From: Verrucomicrobiota bacterium
Lineage (GTDB): Bacteria > Verrucomicrobiota > Verrucomicrobiia > Limisphaerales > Palsa-1400
Length of the DNA: 64,000 bases
Reading direction: 5' to 3'
Assembly (NCBI GenBank): GCA_050014435.1
Contig: JBEKDI010000017.1
Location: 1,145-65,144, forward strand
Shown here: piece by piece, positions 19,097 through 31,399 of the stretch
Numbering within the stretch: position 1 is the first letter of the stretch
How the letters are laid out: each line of letters opens with the position of its first letter
Program-made: the position numbers and the translations under genes
The notes under the pieces: generated by a model
Told to the model about the DNA's origin: nothing
Database searches by the model: none
What the model saw: only the letters and a program-made list of their open reading frames with translations

Positions 19097-20410
19097 ATGA
19101 ACCCCCGCAACGGTAAAATCGCCCATCTCCCACGCTCCATCCGCGACCTGTTGAACGAGCGCCTCGACCGCTCCCAACCCGCCTCCCAAATCCTCCCCTG
19201 GCTCAACGGCTCCGAAGAGGTCCAGGAAATCATCAAAGAAGACTTCGACGGCGTCCCCATCAGCGAACAGAACTTGAGCCAGTGGCGTCAGGGCGGTTTC
19301 CAGGAATGGCTGGTCCGCCGCGAACTGTGCCTGGAGGCCGGCGACGTGACGGAATTGGCCGAAGGCATGCAGGAGGAGACTGGGCAAGGCATCCTGGCCG
19401 ATGACGTGGCCGTGGTCCTGGCCGCCCGCTTTGGCACTCTCCTCGCCAAATGGGACGGCGAGGTGGACGCCAAATTCGAGGCCAAATCCCGCGCCCTGAA
19501 CCGGATCTGCCGCAGCGTGGTGCAATTGCAGCACGGCATGCACCGCGCCCGGCGGGAGGATTTCAAATACGCGCGCCAGTGCGAGGAACAGCATAAAGCC
19601 GAAATGAAAGAGATGAGGCAGAAAATGGTCCAGCCCCTGATGGACGGGGCGCTGGTGCCGTCGATGGCCTACGCCTACGGCGGCGGCAAATTGGGCAGGA
19701 AAATCGCCGCCTATGTCCTGGCCGTTCAGAGGGGCGATACGGATGCAAAATTGGACGTGTCGCCTGCCGACACCTTTGAGGAAGATCCCGGCAGCAAGCC
19801 AAACCCAATCAAAGCGGTTAAAAAGGCCAAAAAAACCACGGAATCCAAGCCTAAACCATTGGCGCACAAGAAGATGGCGCATGCTCCCGAGTCACAATCC
19901 AGCCAGCCTCACTCTGACGAACTCAAAGCGACTCAAAGCGATTTTGTTCAGCCAGAATCCTCCGTCCACCCCGTCCATGAAGTCCATGAAGTCCACGCTT
20001 TCGCCCCCATCGGTCCCATCCATCCTATTCCTCACGGCCCCCGACCGGCAGCGCCCTCGCCCGAAGCCGCCCCCGCCGCCGCCCTTTCTAATCTTAACTT
20101 GCCCGCCATAGCTTCAGCGACGGCGGGTCTCCCAACCCCCGCAGACGACTTGCCCCCCATAAATCCCATTCTTCCCATGGCTCCCATCTACCCCGAGGAG
20201 TCCGAGGCTCGGGAAGTTCAACACGAGAGGGAGCTGGCCGAACAAGGCCATGCTTACAGCGCCTATTGCCTGGGAGCGCGTTATCGTGACGGCTTGGGGG
20301 TTCCGCAGGACTTGGCAAAGGCGCGGGAGTGGCTGGGCAAGGCAGCCTCACAAGGCATCGGCAGCGCCAAAATCGAATTACACGCCTTGGTGTTGCGGTT
20401 CGGGGAGTAA
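19097..20410 (+). CDS. Hypothetical protein: helix-rich N-terminal domain (phage Mu gp27/DUF3486-like impression), Lys/Pro-rich low-complexity linker, C-terminal Sel1 repeat
   Basis: N-terminus is 'GKIAHLPRSIRDLLNERL...ISEQNLSQWRQGGFQEWL'. C-terminus 'AYCLGARYRDGLGVPQDLAKAREWLGKAASQG' is a Sel1/TPR-like repeat. The middle is built from short tandem DNA repeats. Confidence 0.65.
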   Translation: MNPRNGKIAHLPRSIRDLLNERLDRSQPASQILPWLNGSEEVQEIIKEDFDGVPISEQNLSQWRQGGFQEWLVRRELCLEAGDVTELAEGMQEETGQGILADDVAVVLAARFGTLLAKWDGEVDAKFEAKSRALNRICRSVVQLQHGMHRARREDFKYARQCEEQHKAEMKEMRQKMVQPLMDGALVPSMAYAYGGGKLGRKIAAYVLAVQRGDTDAKLDVSPADTFEEDPGSKPNPIKAVKKAKKTTESKPKPLAHKKMAHAPESQSSQPHSDELKATQSDFVQPESSVHPVHEVHEVHAFAPIGPIHPIPHGPRPAAPSPEAAPAAALSNLNLPAIASATAGLPTPADDLPPINPILPMAPIYPEESEAREVQHERELAEQGHAYSAYCLGARYRDGLGVPQDLAKAREWLGKAASQGIGSAKIELHALVLRFGE

Positions 20411-20415
20411 AGTCC

Positions 20416-21741
20416 ATGACCCGCCTTTTTCCACTCGCGCCGCCACAAATCCATGTTAAATTGCAAATCTTAGAGGTTGCATCCCAAAAGACCGAACTTG
20501 GTATTTGCGCATTGAAACTACAGAACGAACGATTGGTGCTGCTGCTCCTGGCGGCCATCCAATTCACCACAAATCTGGATTTTTTGATCATCCTGCCGCT
20601 GGGGCCGCAGTACATGCGCGTTCTGCACATCAGCCCGGCCCAGTTCAACATCATCGTCGCAGCCTATGCCATCGCGGCTGGGATTAGCGGCATTGCCGCC
20701 GGATTTTTCCTCGATCGCTTTGATCGCAAGACCGCGCTCCTTTGCCTCTATCTGGGCTTCGCCATCGGCACGCTCATGTGCGCGCTGGCTCCCACTTACG
20801 GCTTTCTCGTTGCCGCCCGTGCCCTGGCCGGCGCTTTCGGCGGCGTGACCGGCGCTGTCATCCTTGCCATCGTCGGCGATATTATCCCGGAATACCGGCG
20901 CGGCGAGGCCATGGGCATGGTCATGTCCGCCTTCTCCGTCGCTTCGATTTTTGGCGTGCCGCTCGGGCTGGTGCTGGCCAACGATTTTAACTGGCACGTC
21001 CCGTTCTACTTCATCGCCGGCATCAGTGTGCCGATTCTGCTCGCTGTGGCCCGGTCTGTGCCGCCGATGCGCGATCATCTGGACCAGGCCGGTGAACACC
21101 ATCCCGTGACGCGCATGTGGGCCGTCCTTATGGAGCCAAGCCATCAAGTGGCCTTTGTTTTCATGGCCGTGCTCACTTGCGCCGGCTTCACCATCTTCCC
21201 CACTCTGGCCACCTACATGGTGTACAACGTGGGATTGACCGAGAAGCAACTGCCGTTCATCTATTTGACAGGCGGCATCTGCACCTTCTTTAGCATGAAC
21301 TGGGTGGGACGCTGGGCCGACCGCGCGGGCAAACTCCGCGTCTTCACCCTCATGTCCCTGGCCGCCACGGTCCCGGTCCTCATCCTCACCAATTTGCCGC
21401 GTGTCCCCCTGCTCGCCGCGCTGGGGACCTCGACGCTGCTCATGATCTGCATGTCTGGCCGTTTTGTTCCGGCCATGGCCATGATGACGGCCACGGTCGA
21501 ATCGCGCTATCGCGGCGGTTTCATGAGCGTCAATTCGTCCGTGCAACAGTTCTCCTGCGGTCTGGCCGCCTGGATCAGCGGCAGCATCATTGGGCAGGGC
21601 CCCAATCAAGAGATCACTCATTATGCCATTGCGGGCCTGGTCTCGATGGCGTGTGTGCTCGCCTGCATCGGGTTGGCGCGGTTCATCAGACCCGCCCCTG
21701 GCGAATTGACCGCCGCCCCGGCATTCGTCGAACCGGCCTGA
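20416..21741 (+). CDS. MFS transporter
   Basis: About 12 predicted hydrophobic helices. MFS loop motif 'GFFLDRFDRKTALL' lies between TM2 and TM3. Start is uncertain (ATG 20416 chosen; a later alternative start is possible). Confidence 0.8.
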   Translation: MTRLFPLAPPQIHVKLQILEVASQKTELGICALKLQNERLVLLLLAAIQFTTNLDFLIILPLGPQYMRVLHISPAQFNIIVAAYAIAAGISGIAAGFFLDRFDRKTALLCLYLGFAIGTLMCALAPTYGFLVAARALAGAFGGVTGAVILAIVGDIIPEYRRGEAMGMVMSAFSVASIFGVPLGLVLANDFNWHVPFYFIAGISVPILLAVARSVPPMRDHLDQAGEHHPVTRMWAVLMEPSHQVAFVFMAVLTCAGFTIFPTLATYMVYNVGLTEKQLPFIYLTGGICTFFSMNWVGRWADRAGKLRVFTLMSLAATVPVLILTNLPRVPLLAALGTSTLLMICMSGRFVPAMAMMTATVESRYRGGFMSVNSSVQQFSCGLAAWISGSIIGQGPNQEITHYAIAGLVSMACVLACIGLARFIRPAPGELTAAPAFVEPA

Positions 21742-21794
21742 CGTTTCTGAAGCCTTGCGCGACGAAGGCAAAATTGGAAAACTCAAGGTAATTT

Positions 21795-23915
21795 ATGGCA
21801 GCCAAACGCAAGAATACCCCTCAACAGCCCGAATTGCCGATTGACGGTCCGTCGACGGCAAAGCCGCCCGAGTCCCCTGCCCCGCCCAAGGAGGGAAAGA
21901 ATGGCCACGGCGAACTGCACGTGCAAGCCGAACAGGTTGAGGTCGTGGCCCATCGTCCGTTCGTGCCTGGGAAAATCGAGCTGCCCCTGCACCGGCGGGT
22001 GGACCGCAGCTTTCTGGATTACGCGTCCTACGTCATTCGCGACCGCGCCATTCCCAATTTGAGCGACGGCCTCAAGCCAGTGCAGCGGCGCATTCTTTGG
22101 GCGCTGCACGACCTGGACGATGGCCGCTTCATCAAGGTCGCCAACGTCGTCGGTCACGCCATGAAGTTCCACCCGCATGGCGACGCCTCCATCGGCGACG
22201 CCCTCGTCGGCCTGGCCAACAAATCCTATCTCATCGAGGGACAGGGAAATTTTGGCAACATTTTCACCGGCGATGTCGCCGCCGCACCGCGTTACATCGA
22301 ATGCCGGCTGACGGAGCTGGCCCGCACGGAAGTGTTCAACGATGGAATATCGGATTTCGTGCCGACTTATGACGGACGCGGCAAAGAACCCGTCACTCTG
22401 CCCTGCAAGCTGCCCCTCCTGCTCATGCTCGGCACGGAGGGTATCGCCGTGGGCATGTCGTCGCGCATTCTGCCCCACAATTTTCCCGAGTTGCTTGAGG
22501 CCCAGATCGCCATCCTGAAAAAGCAATCGTTCAAGCTGCTGCCCGACTTCCAAACCGGCGGATTGATGGACGCGCGCGAATATCGCGACGGCGCAGGCCA
22601 GGTCACGGTGCGCGCCAAAATTAGAATCAAGGACGACTCGACGGTGCTGATCAAGGAGATCCCGCCCACAACAACCACCGAGTCATTGACTGCGTCCATC
22701 GAGGACGCCTCGCGCAAGGGCAAGATCAAGGTCAAGAGCATCAACGATTTCACCTCAGAAGAAGTGGAAATTGAGGTTCGGGCCCCGGGCGGGGTGAGCG
22801 CGGAGCAAATGGCCGATGCGCTTTACGCCTTCACCGATTGCGAAGTGACCATCGCCAGCCGGATTGTGGTGATCAAGGACAACCGGCCGGTGGAGATGAC
22901 CGTTTCGGACGTGCTGCGCGAAAACACCGCCCAGCTTGTCGCCACGCTTAAACGCGAACTGGAACTGAAGGAAAAGCAACTACAGCAGGAACTGCACTAC
23001 AAGACACTCGTGCGCATCTTTATCGAGGAGCGCATTTACAAGAGAATCGAACAGTCCCGCACTAATGAAGCGGTGGCCCAGGCCGTCCTCGAGGGTTTCC
23101 AGCCGTTCCGGCGCCAACTGCGCCGCGATCTGTCCGCCGAGGACATTGAGATGCTGCTGGGAGTCCGCATCCGCCGGATTTCGCTCTTCGACATGAACAA
23201 ACACCGCGAGGAAATGGACAAGGTCAAAGCCGACCTGGCGGAAACGGCCAAATACTTGGGAAACGTGACGAAATACGCCATCAACCATCTGGAGGCGTTG
23301 CTGGCCAAATACGGTCCGCTTTACCCGCGCCTGACAAAATCGAGCCGCTACGACGATGTTGATGCCCGTGAAGTCGCGTTCAAGGCCTTCAAAGTCGCTT
23401 ATGACCGCGAGTCGGGCTACATCGGCTACAAGGTTTCCGGGGAGGAATTCAAATCCGAATGCACGAAGTTCGACAAGCTCCTGCTGGTTTTCCGGGACGG
23501 CCACTACCGGGTGACGGATTTGCAGGAGAAGATATTTGTCGGGCCGGAGCTGGTTTACAGCGCGGTGCCGGAGCGGGAGCGCGTCATGACCCTCGCTTAC
23601 ACCAACCGCGAAGCGACCTATCTCAAGCGCTTCACTTTCGGCGGAACGATTCTGAACAAGGAATATTTCTGTATCCCGCCAAAATCGAAAATTTTATTCT
23701 TCGAGCCTGGCACGCCGAAGGAGTTGTTCATTCGTTACAAGGCCGCGCCCTACCAAAAAATCAACCAGCAGACCTGCCAGCCGGAGGACGTGGAAGTCAA
23801 AAGCCCCAAGACCCGGGGCCGGCAGATTTCGATCAAGGAAGTGGCGGCCATCAACAGCAAACCGCCGCGCGGCTGGGACCCGGAGGCTGCCACCACCAAA
23901 CTGGAATTTCTCTAA
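21795..23915 (+). CDS. parC: Type IIA topoisomerase subunit A (ParC/GyrA-like, short form)
   Basis: 'RAIPNLSDGLKPVQRRILWAL', 'HPHGDASIGDALVGLAN', and the catalytic-Tyr context 'AAAPRYIECRLTELA'. No B subunit lies in the window. Confidence 0.85.
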   Translation: MAAKRKNTPQQPELPIDGPSTAKPPESPAPPKEGKNGHGELHVQAEQVEVVAHRPFVPGKIELPLHRRVDRSFLDYASYVIRDRAIPNLSDGLKPVQRRILWALHDLDDGRFIKVANVVGHAMKFHPHGDASIGDALVGLANKSYLIEGQGNFGNIFTGDVAAAPRYIECRLTELARTEVFNDGISDFVPTYDGRGKEPVTLPCKLPLLLMLGTEGIAVGMSSRILPHNFPELLEAQIAILKKQSFKLLPDFQTGGLMDAREYRDGAGQVTVRAKIRIKDDSTVLIKEIPPTTTTESLTASIEDASRKGKIKVKSINDFTSEEVEIEVRAPGGVSAEQMADALYAFTDCEVTIASRIVVIKDNRPVEMTVSDVLRENTAQLVATLKRELELKEKQLQQELHYKTLVRIFIEERIYKRIEQSRTNEAVAQAVLEGFQPFRRQLRRDLSAEDIEMLLGVRIRRISLFDMNKHREEMDKVKADLAETAKYLGNVTKYAINHLEALLAKYGPLYPRLTKSSRYDDVDAREVAFKAFKVAYDRESGYIGYKVSGEEFKSECTKFDKLLLVFRDGHYRVTDLQEKIFVGPELVYSAVPERERVMTLAYTNREATYLKRFTFGGTILNKEYFCIPPKSKILFFEPGTPKELFIRYKAAPYQKINQQTCQPEDVEVKSPKTRGRQISIKEVAAINSKPPRGWDPEAATTKLEFL

Positions 23916-23919
23916 AGCC

Positions 23920-26263
<2,344 letters not shown>

Positions 26264-26267
<4 letters not shown>

Positions 26268-26830
26268 CGGGTGGCCCCCGCTTCCGCCTGCAGGATCCAG
26301 GCGGCGGCCGCAGCCAGATCATCCACGATGACAGCCTCGCCCAACTGTCGCCGGTCCGTTTGCTCAAGCTCCATGCCATAGCCGGTCCGGACGAGAATCG
26401 ACTTCTTCACGCCCGCGTTCCAGCCGCATTGCAAATCAATCAACTTATCTCCGACGAAGTAGCTTCGGGCCAGATCGAGTTGGAATTGATCACGGGCATC
26501 GAAGAGAAATTGCGGCAACGGTTTTCGTCCGCGGCTGGGCGCGCTGGGCGCTTCCGGGGCCACATAGATTTTGTCGAAGCGCACATCCTGCGCGGCAAGT
26601 TCCGCTTCGAGGTGCGCATGAACGCGGGCCACGTCCTCCAGCGTAAAGAAGCCCCGGCCAACCCCCGATTGGTTGGAGACAATGAACAATCTGAAACCCG
26701 CCTGGCGGAGCGCGCGCAAGGCCTGCCCCACTCCGGGAAAGACGGCGACCTGATCGGGACGCGAGAGATATTCCTTCTCCTGAATCAACGTCCCATCACG
26801 ATCAAGAAACACGGCACGGTTCAAATTCAA
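26264..26830 (-). CDS. gmhB: D-glycero-D-manno-heptose 1,7-bisphosphate phosphatase (HAD-IIIA)
   Basis: 'AVFLDRDGTL' DxDxT motif, 'VSNQSGVGRG' and 'FVGDKLIDLQ'. Confidence 0.85.
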
Positions 26831-26873
26831 GGATGAAGTATAATGCGAACCGCCTTGGAATGGAAAACCGAAA

Positions 26874-27947
26874 TTAATTCCGCCGGCCAGGCGGGGCCAG
26901 TTCCTCCGGAGTGACAGTCAAATCGCGTTTCTCTGTGAGCCGCAGGACGGTGAGGCGCGCAGGCACGCCTATCGCCGCCGCAACTAGGTGGCGGTGCAAA
27001 TCATCAATCCCGGATATGGGTTCGCTGTTGAACCCAACGATAATGTCTCCTTCGCGCATTCCGGCGCGGCTGGCCGGGCTGCCCGACTCAAAGCCCGCCA
27101 CCAGCGCGCCGGACGGGACGGCCAGCTTGTGGAAACGGACAACGCGCGGATGAATGGGCACGTCCTGCCCTGCAACGCCGATCCAACTGCGCCGGATGCG
27201 GCCTTCTTTGATCAACCACGCCGCCACGAACTCCACTGTGTTGCTGGCAATGGCAAAACAGATCCCCTGCGCCGGAAGTATAATGGCGGTGTTCACGCCG
27301 ATGACTTCGCCGCGCGAATTGACCAAGGGGCCTCCCGAGTTGCCGGGATTCAAGGCGGCGTCGGTTTGAATGATGTTGTCGATGAGCCGCCCCGATTGGG
27401 AGCGCATCGAACGCCCCAGCGCGCTCACCACGCCGGCGGTCACGGTTTGCTGGAATCCAAACGGACTGCCGATGGCGATGGCAATTTGCCCGACGCGGAC
27501 AGCCCGGGAATCGCCCAAGGAAACATGGACCAGATGGGAGGCGTTGATGCGAATGACGGCCAGGTCCGTTTCCGGATCGTCGCCGACCAGCGTTGCGCCG
27601 AAAGAGCGGCCATCGGCCAACGCAACTTCGATTCTGCCGGCGCCATGCACGACGTGACTGTTGGACATGATATAGCCGTCAGGCGCGATGATGAATCCCG
27701 AGCCACTACCCGCGGAATCGGGCTTGCCGCCCCGTTCACCGCTGGCATGTCGAACGCGAATGTTGACCACGGTGCGCCGGACCTTTTCCACCACGGCCGA
27801 GACGGTCCTGGAATAGCCGTCCAACAATTCGTCATCGGCAGCCGGCAACGGCAAAGGCTGCCCGGCGACGATGGAAACATCATTGTCGTTCAGGGCGCGG
27901 ACCAAACGAACCTTGCGCCGACCTTGAAATGCGGTTGAAATTTTCAT
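26874..27947 (-). CDS. Trypsin-like serine protease with C-terminal PDZ domain (S1C/HtrA family)
   Basis: 'SGSGFII..DGYIMSNSHV' (His), 'DLAVIRI' (Asp) and 'GNSGGPLVN' (Ser), with a PDZ-like tail 'AGMREGDIIVGFN'. Start is uncertain (27947, 27959 or 28010). No obvious signal peptide follows any of them. Confidence 0.85.
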   Translation of the reverse strand: MKISTAFQGRRKVRLVRALNDNDVSIVAGQPLPLPAADDELLDGYSRTVSAVVEKVRRTVVNIRVRHASGERGGKPDSAGSGSGFIIAPDGYIMSNSHVVHGAGRIEVALADGRSFGATLVGDDPETDLAVIRINASHLVHVSLGDSRAVRVGQIAIAIGSPFGFQQTVTAGVVSALGRSMRSQSGRLIDNIIQTDAALNPGNSGGPLVNSRGEVIGVNTAIILPAQGICFAIASNTVEFVAAWLIKEGRIRRSWIGVAGQDVPIHPRVVRFHKLAVPSGALVAGFESGSPASRAGMREGDIIVGFNSEPISGIDDLHRHLVAAAIGVPARLTVLRLTEKRDLTVTPEELAPPGRRN

Positions 27948-28039
27948 CTCCTGTCCCATTGTAGCACAGAAAAAAGAGGTTGTCATGCGAGGCACGGATC
28001 CCGGGGGCATAAGGCAGGGAATCGTGAAGCCCGCAACTT

Positions 28040-29272
28040 CTAGTGCAGGGTGGTATGCGTCTGCAGCCAGCGCTCGAAGGCTTCCGGCCCCAGGATTTGC
28101 TGAAGCGACTGCTGCTGCTCGACCTGCGTCTGGGACAAGGCTTCAACCTTTTCGTCGTCGCTCAGGTTGGTATCCTTGCGAATGCGGTCCAGTTCGGCTT
28201 GCGTGGCGCGGTTGATTTCGTAAATCGACATGGTGGACGCATCCGGCACGCCCAATTGCGCCGCCATGGCCCTGGATGACCGGTAGAGCGGATCCTGATT
28301 CAATTGATAGGCGGCAAAGAGTTGATCGCCCAGCGTCGCCTTGATGATCGCGTCGCTTTGCGCGCGCAGTTGTTGTTGTTGGGCGAGCAAGGCGAAGTCG
28401 TTGCCGGTGTAATAGAACACCGGCTGCCCGTTGATCGAGCTGACGGCGTTAAACAGATCGCGAAACTGGTCCTGAGTCAACTGCAAGGATCGCATCTGCT
28501 CGCGCAGCTCCTGCGCGGCGGGCGAATAACGCAAGATGTACTCCTCGTATTGGGCAGGGTTCAATACGGCGACCAACTGGATCAACGGCTCCTCGCGCAG
28601 ACGCACCAACTCCATTGGGTCGTCCGCCTTGTTCTGGGCGCGTTGCGCCGCCTGGTAAGCCTCGATTTTGAGCTGGGAGCGCGCGGCGACGGCATAAACC
28701 AACTCCTTTACCTCCGGCGGCAGGTCGCCCAAAATCGGCCCGGTCAGGGTGATGCCCCCCGCCGCCGCGATCTGTTCGTTGCTCTGCGCGTCCCAGCCCG
28801 GTCCCAAAAGCGAGGTCAAGACGCCCCGCCGCTCCGTCTCCAGAGCTTCGAGCTTGGCGGCGGCGGCCTTGACCAACGCAGGGTCAGGGTCTGAACGCCA
28901 CCATTGAAAGTTGGGATAGTTGACGTCCTCCAGCCGTCGGCGCACGTACCAGCGGTTCACCTCGGCCAGGATGATGTCGCGAATGGTCTGCTCGGGGCAT
29001 CCTACCGCGTGGAGATTTTTAATGAAGACAACATAATTGGTGGATTCGAGCTGGTCCCAGCTAAAAGTCTCGTGACGCACCACCACGTTCGTTTTGATTA
29101 TCGGCCCATTGTCCAACGTGGAGGTGGGGACCGTCGGCACCTCCAGCGGCTGGGCGGCAATATACAGGAAAATGACCAGGAAGAAATTCGCCACCAGCGA
29201 GAGAATCAGCCACAGGTGCGTGTTAAGCGCCTGCTTTGCCTTTGAATTCCAATTGGCTGGCGGCGTATCCAT
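28040..29272 (-). CDS. Hypothetical signal-anchored protein with repeated helical motifs
   Basis: N-terminal TM is 'HLWLILSLVANFFLVIFLYIAA'. A Gln/Leu-rich helical body follows, with recurring 'L.P.Q(Y/F)..(Y/F)' units ('LNPAQYEEYILRY', 'LTQDQFRDLFN', 'LGDQLFAAYQL', 'LGPEAFERWLQ'). No family recognised. Confidence 0.6.
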   Translation of the reverse strand: MDTPPANWNSKAKQALNTHLWLILSLVANFFLVIFLYIAAQPLEVPTVPTSTLDNGPIIKTNVVVRHETFSWDQLESTNYVVFIKNLHAVGCPEQTIRDIILAEVNRWYVRRRLEDVNYPNFQWWRSDPDPALVKAAAAKLEALETERRGVLTSLLGPGWDAQSNEQIAAAGGITLTGPILGDLPPEVKELVYAVAARSQLKIEAYQAAQRAQNKADDPMELVRLREEPLIQLVAVLNPAQYEEYILRYSPAAQELREQMRSLQLTQDQFRDLFNAVSSINGQPVFYYTGNDFALLAQQQQLRAQSDAIIKATLGDQLFAAYQLNQDPLYRSSRAMAAQLGVPDASTMSIYEINRATQAELDRIRKDTNLSDDEKVEALSQTQVEQQQSLQQILGPEAFERWLQTHTTLH

Positions 29273-29309
29273 GAAATGATCTTTCGCAAGACGCCGCGGG
29301 CGCCCGGGT

Positions 29310-30005
29310 TCAGTGTTCCGTTTTCCTTTCCTTCAATGTCCAGTCAATTATAATTTTAACGTCGTCGCCGCAGCGCATCAATCCGGCGCCAATGTTGGGC
29401 GCCGGGGGGTCGACATGGAAAGCTGTCATCTTCAAAGGCACGGTGGCATTGACTTTGATTCTGTCAGCGTCCAACGACTCAATGGACACCGGGAAACTCA
29501 CTTTGTTGGTCACCCCGGCGATGGAGAGATCCCCCGTGGTGTCGAATGCGAATGGCGTGCCCGGGGCATGCGGCTCCTTGAAGGTCATTTCCGTCAGACT
29601 GTACTCGATCCTGCTGTGTTGCTCTGCCAGCAAGGCTTTCTGCATGAGACCATCCATGACTTCCGGCAAATGATCGACCTTGGCGTGAATGGATGTAACC
29701 GATATATGGGCATGAACTTTGACCGGCACCTTGCCATCCTTGAGGCCCGGAATGGTGGTTTGTGCGGCCTCCAATTTAATTCCCTGTCCGAATTCGATAA
29801 ACCCGGCAATAGTCGTTCCTTCCATCTCCCAAGCGTGCATGGTGGACGTTCCGTCGATCTTCACAGAAGTCCCGACTGGCTGGGAATTAAAGCGTGTTTG
29901 CGCGCGGGCCGGCGCGAGAAAACCAAAGCTCAACAAAATCGCGGCAAGACCGGCGGATAATTTCGGGGTTCCAGATTTAAAACTGAGCGGCGGGTATGTT
30001 TTCAC
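29310..30005 (-). CDS. YceI-like periplasmic protein
   Basis: Signal peptide ends 'FLAPARAQT'. The beta-barrel-type body ('KIDGTSTMHAWEMEGT', 'GDLSIAGVTNKVSFPV') resembles the YceI family. Confidence 0.7.
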   Translation of the reverse strand: MKTYPPLSFKSGTPKLSAGLAAILLSFGFLAPARAQTRFNSQPVGTSVKIDGTSTMHAWEMEGTTIAGFIEFGQGIKLEAAQTTIPGLKDGKVPVKVHAHISVTSIHAKVDHLPEVMDGLMQKALLAEQHSRIEYSLTEMTFKEPHAPGTPFAFDTTGDLSIAGVTNKVSFPVSIESLDADRIKVNATVPLKMTAFHVDPPAPNIGAGLMRCGDDVKIIIDWTLKERKTEH

Positions 30006-31384
30006 AAATCAAACAATTCCTTTTCCAGGTTGATCTTCTGTTGTTGCACGACGGCTTCATTCGCCTTGATGGCCAGAATGGTGGCATCCAGGCCGTCCCG
30101 CCAATTGGCGGCGAGGGCATGCGGCTTGATTCCCTTCAAATTGTCCGCCAGCGCTTTGGGGTCGTCGTCTCCATAACTGTCGATAAAATCTTTGACCGCC
30201 ACGTCGCGCTGCCCGACATTCGACGTGAACGCCTCCAGGGCGTATTGGAGAGGGGTAGAGGTTGTTGCCGTTGCGGTTGCAGCGGTGCCGATGGCGGCCT
30301 GTTTGGTTGCATTGGCCACCAGAGCGATGCCCGTCTCGGTGTAAAAATCATCCTTTCGCGCATACACCTCCCAACCCATCAATGGGGCGTCAGGTTCCTT
30401 GAAGAGCCAAGCTTTGGCATCACGCACCATGACGGCCGCCTGTGTTCCGTAGTACATCTCGTAGTCCTTGTCGAACGAATTGCACAGCGTGGCGTCATAC
30501 ATGAAGCGGACCCCTCCCGGATACTCAAAAATTCCCTGAACGGTGTCAGCGACATCGCGACCCTCCTTCCAGCGCAACAGCGAACCAAAACCCGTGATGG
30601 CGATGGGCCGCGCCTTGAGGAACCAAGAAACGGCATCGATTTGGTGGATGCCGATTTCGCCCATCAGGCCGGTGCTGGTTTTTCGATGCAACCGCCAGTT
30701 GAGGGCTTTTTCGTGGTCAGGATTGGACGAGGCACTGACCCAACTGTTGTTGCGGTGCGACTGGGCGCGCGCCATGACCGTTTCCCCCCATGCGCCGGCG
30801 CGAATAAAGGGCAAAAGAAAATGCCGCTGCGGATGCGAACGTTCTTGCAGTCCGGGTTGAAAAACTAGTTTGATCGAATCCCGCGCGGCGGCGGCGATGG
30901 CCTTGGTGTCCTCGATGGTATTGGCGAGAGGGGCCTCGCAATAAACATGCTTGCCCGCTTGCAACGCAGCCAGGGCCATTTCGCGGTGATCTGGGGTCGG
31001 CGTGGCAATGACCACGGCCTGCACCTCTTTGCTGGCCAGAAGCTCCTTGTAATCGCTGAATCGTTCCGCCTTGGGGGCGTCATTGGTCCCGGCCCGGCGC
31101 AACGACGGTGGATAGTCATCGCAAATGGCCGTGATCGGGGCGTTTGGCAAAAGCGCCAAATCTTTGAGAACTTCACGGCCCCGCGCGCCCAATCCGATGA
31201 CCCCGAATTTGACGGTTGGCCCGACGGGGATTTTGGTCAGGGCCGAATCTGTGGAAGCCGCGGCCTGGGGGGTGTCGGAGGCGCGAAGTTCGACCCCGCC
31301 CATCATGGCCATAACGGTGGCCAGCGAAGTGTTTTTAAGGAAGATGCGGCGGTTAAATTCCGGCCCATTTTCGTTCTTATTCAC
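30002..31384 (-). CDS. Gfo/Idh/MocA-family oxidoreductase with Tat signal
   Basis: The 'FNRRIFLKNTSLATVMAMMGG' signal contains a twin-arginine (RR) motif. The Rossmann start is 'KFGVIGLGARG', followed by 'EAPLANT'. The gene overlaps the YceI gene by 4 nt. Confidence 0.85.
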   Translation of the reverse strand: MNKNENGPEFNRRIFLKNTSLATVMAMMGGVELRASDTPQAAASTDSALTKIPVGPTVKFGVIGLGARGREVLKDLALLPNAPITAICDDYPPSLRRAGTNDAPKAERFSDYKELLASKEVQAVVIATPTPDHREMALAALQAGKHVYCEAPLANTIEDTKAIAAAARDSIKLVFQPGLQERSHPQRHFLLPFIRAGAWGETVMARAQSHRNNSWVSASSNPDHEKALNWRLHRKTSTGLMGEIGIHQIDAVSWFLKARPIAITGFGSLLRWKEGRDVADTVQGIFEYPGGVRFMYDATLCNSFDKDYEMYYGTQAAVMVRDAKAWLFKEPDAPLMGWEVYARKDDFYTETGIALVANATKQAAIGTAATATATTSTPLQYALEAFTSNVGQRDVAVKDFIDSYGDDDPKALADNLKGIKPHALAANWRDGLDATILAIKANEAVVQQQKINLEKELFDL

Positions 31385-31399
31385 GATGCGATAATGGCT

